Shown: in pieces, positions 49,900 to 51,477 of the stretch
How the letters are laid out: every line of letters begins with the position of its first letter
How positions within the stretch are numbered: the first letter of the stretch is position 1
NCBI GenBank assembly: GCA_009694475.1
Contig: SHUX01000003.1
Location: 1 to 51,477 of the forward strand
Length of the DNA: 51,477 bases
DNA from: Thermoleophilia bacterium
GTDB lineage: Bacteria; Actinomycetota; Thermoleophilia; Gaiellales; F1-60-MAGs149
Direction: 5' to 3'
Made by a program: the position numbers and the translations under genes
The notes under the pieces: model-generated
The model's database searches: none
The model's input: only the letters and a program-made list of their open reading frames with translations
What the model was told of the DNA's origin: nothing

Positions 49900-50458
49900 A
49901 GTCTCTATTCCTTTGGGTTGTTCCACTCGCCACCGACGGCAGGGCCTCGGGGGTCGCGTGGTGCCTCTCGCTGAGGCCAGAGCGCACGGTAGGCAGATCG
50001 CGAGCCCCAGCGCAAGCGGCTCGTGGGTAGAGGTGAGAGGGGTCGCCAGAATCGGCTTTAGTCTGTGGAGATTGCTGGTTGCAGCGTCCCCTGGCTGGCT
50101 CGATGCCCCGCTCAACCAGCGTCAGGCGCCGACCAACAACGAGGCTGCGAGCGGCTGCTTGACCGGCGGCAAGCTCGAGCTGAACGACACCTCCCGGCGA
50201 CCACCGCAGGCGACGTGGAGGCACGTGCGGGGAAACCTCTCTGACCTGCAGTTCGCGCGAGAGAAACACGATGTCGATCGAGCACCGCATACCGAAGGTG
50301 TGGATGCATCCGAGTGGATCCCGCAGCAGTAATCCCCACTCCGGATCGATCGACGTAGAACCAATCAGCCCTCGCATCGCGCCTAGGCTGAAGGCAGCAA
50401 CCGTGGTCACCGATGGTACGAGCACAAGGCCCGAGTCGTAGTCGCGAAGTTCAACCAT
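49874..50458 (-). CDS. DUF192-domain protein with a probable read-through C-terminal tail
   Basis: MRGLIG...GLLL...IHTFGMRCSIDIVFL...LELAAG...VGRRL is the DUF192 pattern. The frame continues about 78 aa into the response regulator start. Confidence 0.75.
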   Translation of the reverse strand: MVELRDYDSGLVLVPSVTTVAAFSLGAMRGLIGSTSIDPEWGLLLRDPLGCIHTFGMRCSIDIVFLSRELQVREVSPHVPPRRLRWSPGGVVQLELAAGQAAARSLVVGRRLTLVERGIEPARGRCNQQSPQTKADSGDPSHLYPRAACAGARDLPTVRSGLSERHHATPEALPSVASGTTQRNRDYVCKLAGG

Positions 50459-50590
50459 GCCGCCACCGTTGCGCACCCACTCGGACCCTGGACGCGCGGC
50501 CGACGCGGAGACCACTGCGCGATACACGCCAGATCGGTAGCGGCGCGCACACACTCGAATCAACCGCCACCACTTCGCTACGCTCCTCAC

Positions 50591-51031
50591 GTGGACTGTG
50601 AAGACTTTCACTCGGGCGACGACGTTGTATTGGCTTTTCTAGGCTGCACCTATTCCTTTGCGCGAGCCGACTTCGAGCAACGCGTATTGAGCGCCGCAGT
50701 CGAGCTCGAACTGGCAGAGCACCCACTCAGTCGCTCTGTACGCGCCGATCTGGTGACAGCAGCCATCGAGGGCGAACTCCCCGATCCCCATTCTCGCGTC
50801 GGCGAGCAACTGGTCGATCTCTGCGAGCGCGACGGCGAAGACCCCATCTACTGGCTACGCAAGCTCGTCTTTCGCTCGGCCTGGCTCGACCACCGCATCA
50901 AGCACGGGCTCGTCGATGTTCAATTCGATAATGCCGCGGGCGCCTTTCGGATCGAGCCGGGGCGCTACCCTCTACCTGGCGGGGGCAATCCTTCGTTCGC
51001 CACACTCACCGTTCCAGAGGATCGCGCATGA
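50591..51031 (+). CDS. Hypothetical protein
   Basis: 146-aa globular-looking ORF. TACGCT -10 lies 6 nt before the GTG; ATGA-coupled to the next gene. Confidence 0.75.
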   Translation: MDCEDFHSGDDVVLAFLGCTYSFARADFEQRVLSAAVELELAEHPLSRSVRADLVTAAIEGELPDPHSRVGEQLVDLCERDGEDPIYWLRKLVFRSAWLDHRIKHGLVDVQFDNAAGAFRIEPGRYPLPGGGNPSFATLTVPEDRA

Positions 51032-51471
51032 CCGACGACACCCCACAGTACGAGCCTGACCTAACAGCAGAGATCGATGAGGTCAAGGAGATCGCCGCAG
51101 ATCTACGGGCCGTCTTGCCAACGCGGATCGAGGCAGCGGTCGCTCGCGCACTCGACGCGCACGAGGGCACCGGTGTTGATCATCGTGTCGCCGAGTTGCA
51201 CGCGCTGGCGATCGATACGGCGCAACGTACTCGCGCGCTTGCTGCGGACATTCGTGCCGAGCGCGTTGGCCGCGTCGAAGACCTCGAGGTTGTCGTTGAC
51301 GTCCTTGTCGATGGTCTAGGTGCTGTCCGCGGCGATGTCGCGAAACTCGAGGCGCGCTCGCAGCGCATCGAGAAGGAACTCGAGCGCATCACGTGGGCGA
51401 TCGATCGGGTCGGCTCGCAACTCGAACGCATCGCCGATGCTGACGAGCCTTCGTCGCCACCGCACGCCTAG
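51028..51471 (+). CDS. Hypothetical coiled-coil protein
   Basis: Heptad-like pattern (VAKLEARSQRIEKELERI...QLERIA); GAGG SD. Confidence 0.7.
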   Translation: MTDDTPQYEPDLTAEIDEVKEIAADLRAVLPTRIEAAVARALDAHEGTGVDHRVAELHALAIDTAQRTRALAADIRAERVGRVEDLEVVVDVLVDGLGAVRGDVAKLEARSQRIEKELERITWAIDRVGSQLERIADADEPSSPPHA

Positions 51472-51477
51472 AGGGTG

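Noticed and set aside
50459-50590. Hidden Flp pilin upstream of the Tad operon
   Set aside because: I found no small ORF with G|xxxxEY plus a hydrophobic helix here or at 49900-50115.

Overview
GC-rich bacterial chromosome segment. Gene content and style suggest Actinomycetota, probably a deep-branching Thermoleophilia-like lineage; this is inference. Most of the window is core genome: a partial acuI/yhdH, class II B12-dependent nrdJ, a CPA1 antiporter, a choline-kinase-like/2-hydroxyacid dehydrogenase pair, an NlpC/P60 hydrolase and a histidine locus. In that locus hisA is divergent from a TrpR-like regulator-hisG-hisC/hisB fusion-hisH-hisF-hisIE-methyltransferase operon, with no hisD. Next come thrS-infC-rpmI-rplT-trmH-ltaE, Crp, bolA-grx4, the dcw cluster from mraZ to murB, trxA-GH15-pfkB, and a reduced Tad locus co-transcribed with a two-component system and a CHAP hydrolase. 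I found no tRNA, rRNA, CRISPR array or transposase. The most notable signals are: (1) a perfect LexA/Cheo box next to the MraZ-boxed dcw promoter; (2) the pilin-less DUF192-RR-HK-Ssd-TadA-TadB-TadC-CHAP operon; (3) a probable divergent membrane-anchored ECF-sigma-like protein with a coupled secreted partner after murB; (4) the HisC-HisB fusion and a HisR-like operator in a 20-bp divergent gap; (5) a perfect 48-bp spacer-less palindrome; (6) an IF3 with a histone-H1-like repeat tail. All family calls come from motif recognition by eye; no database searches were run.
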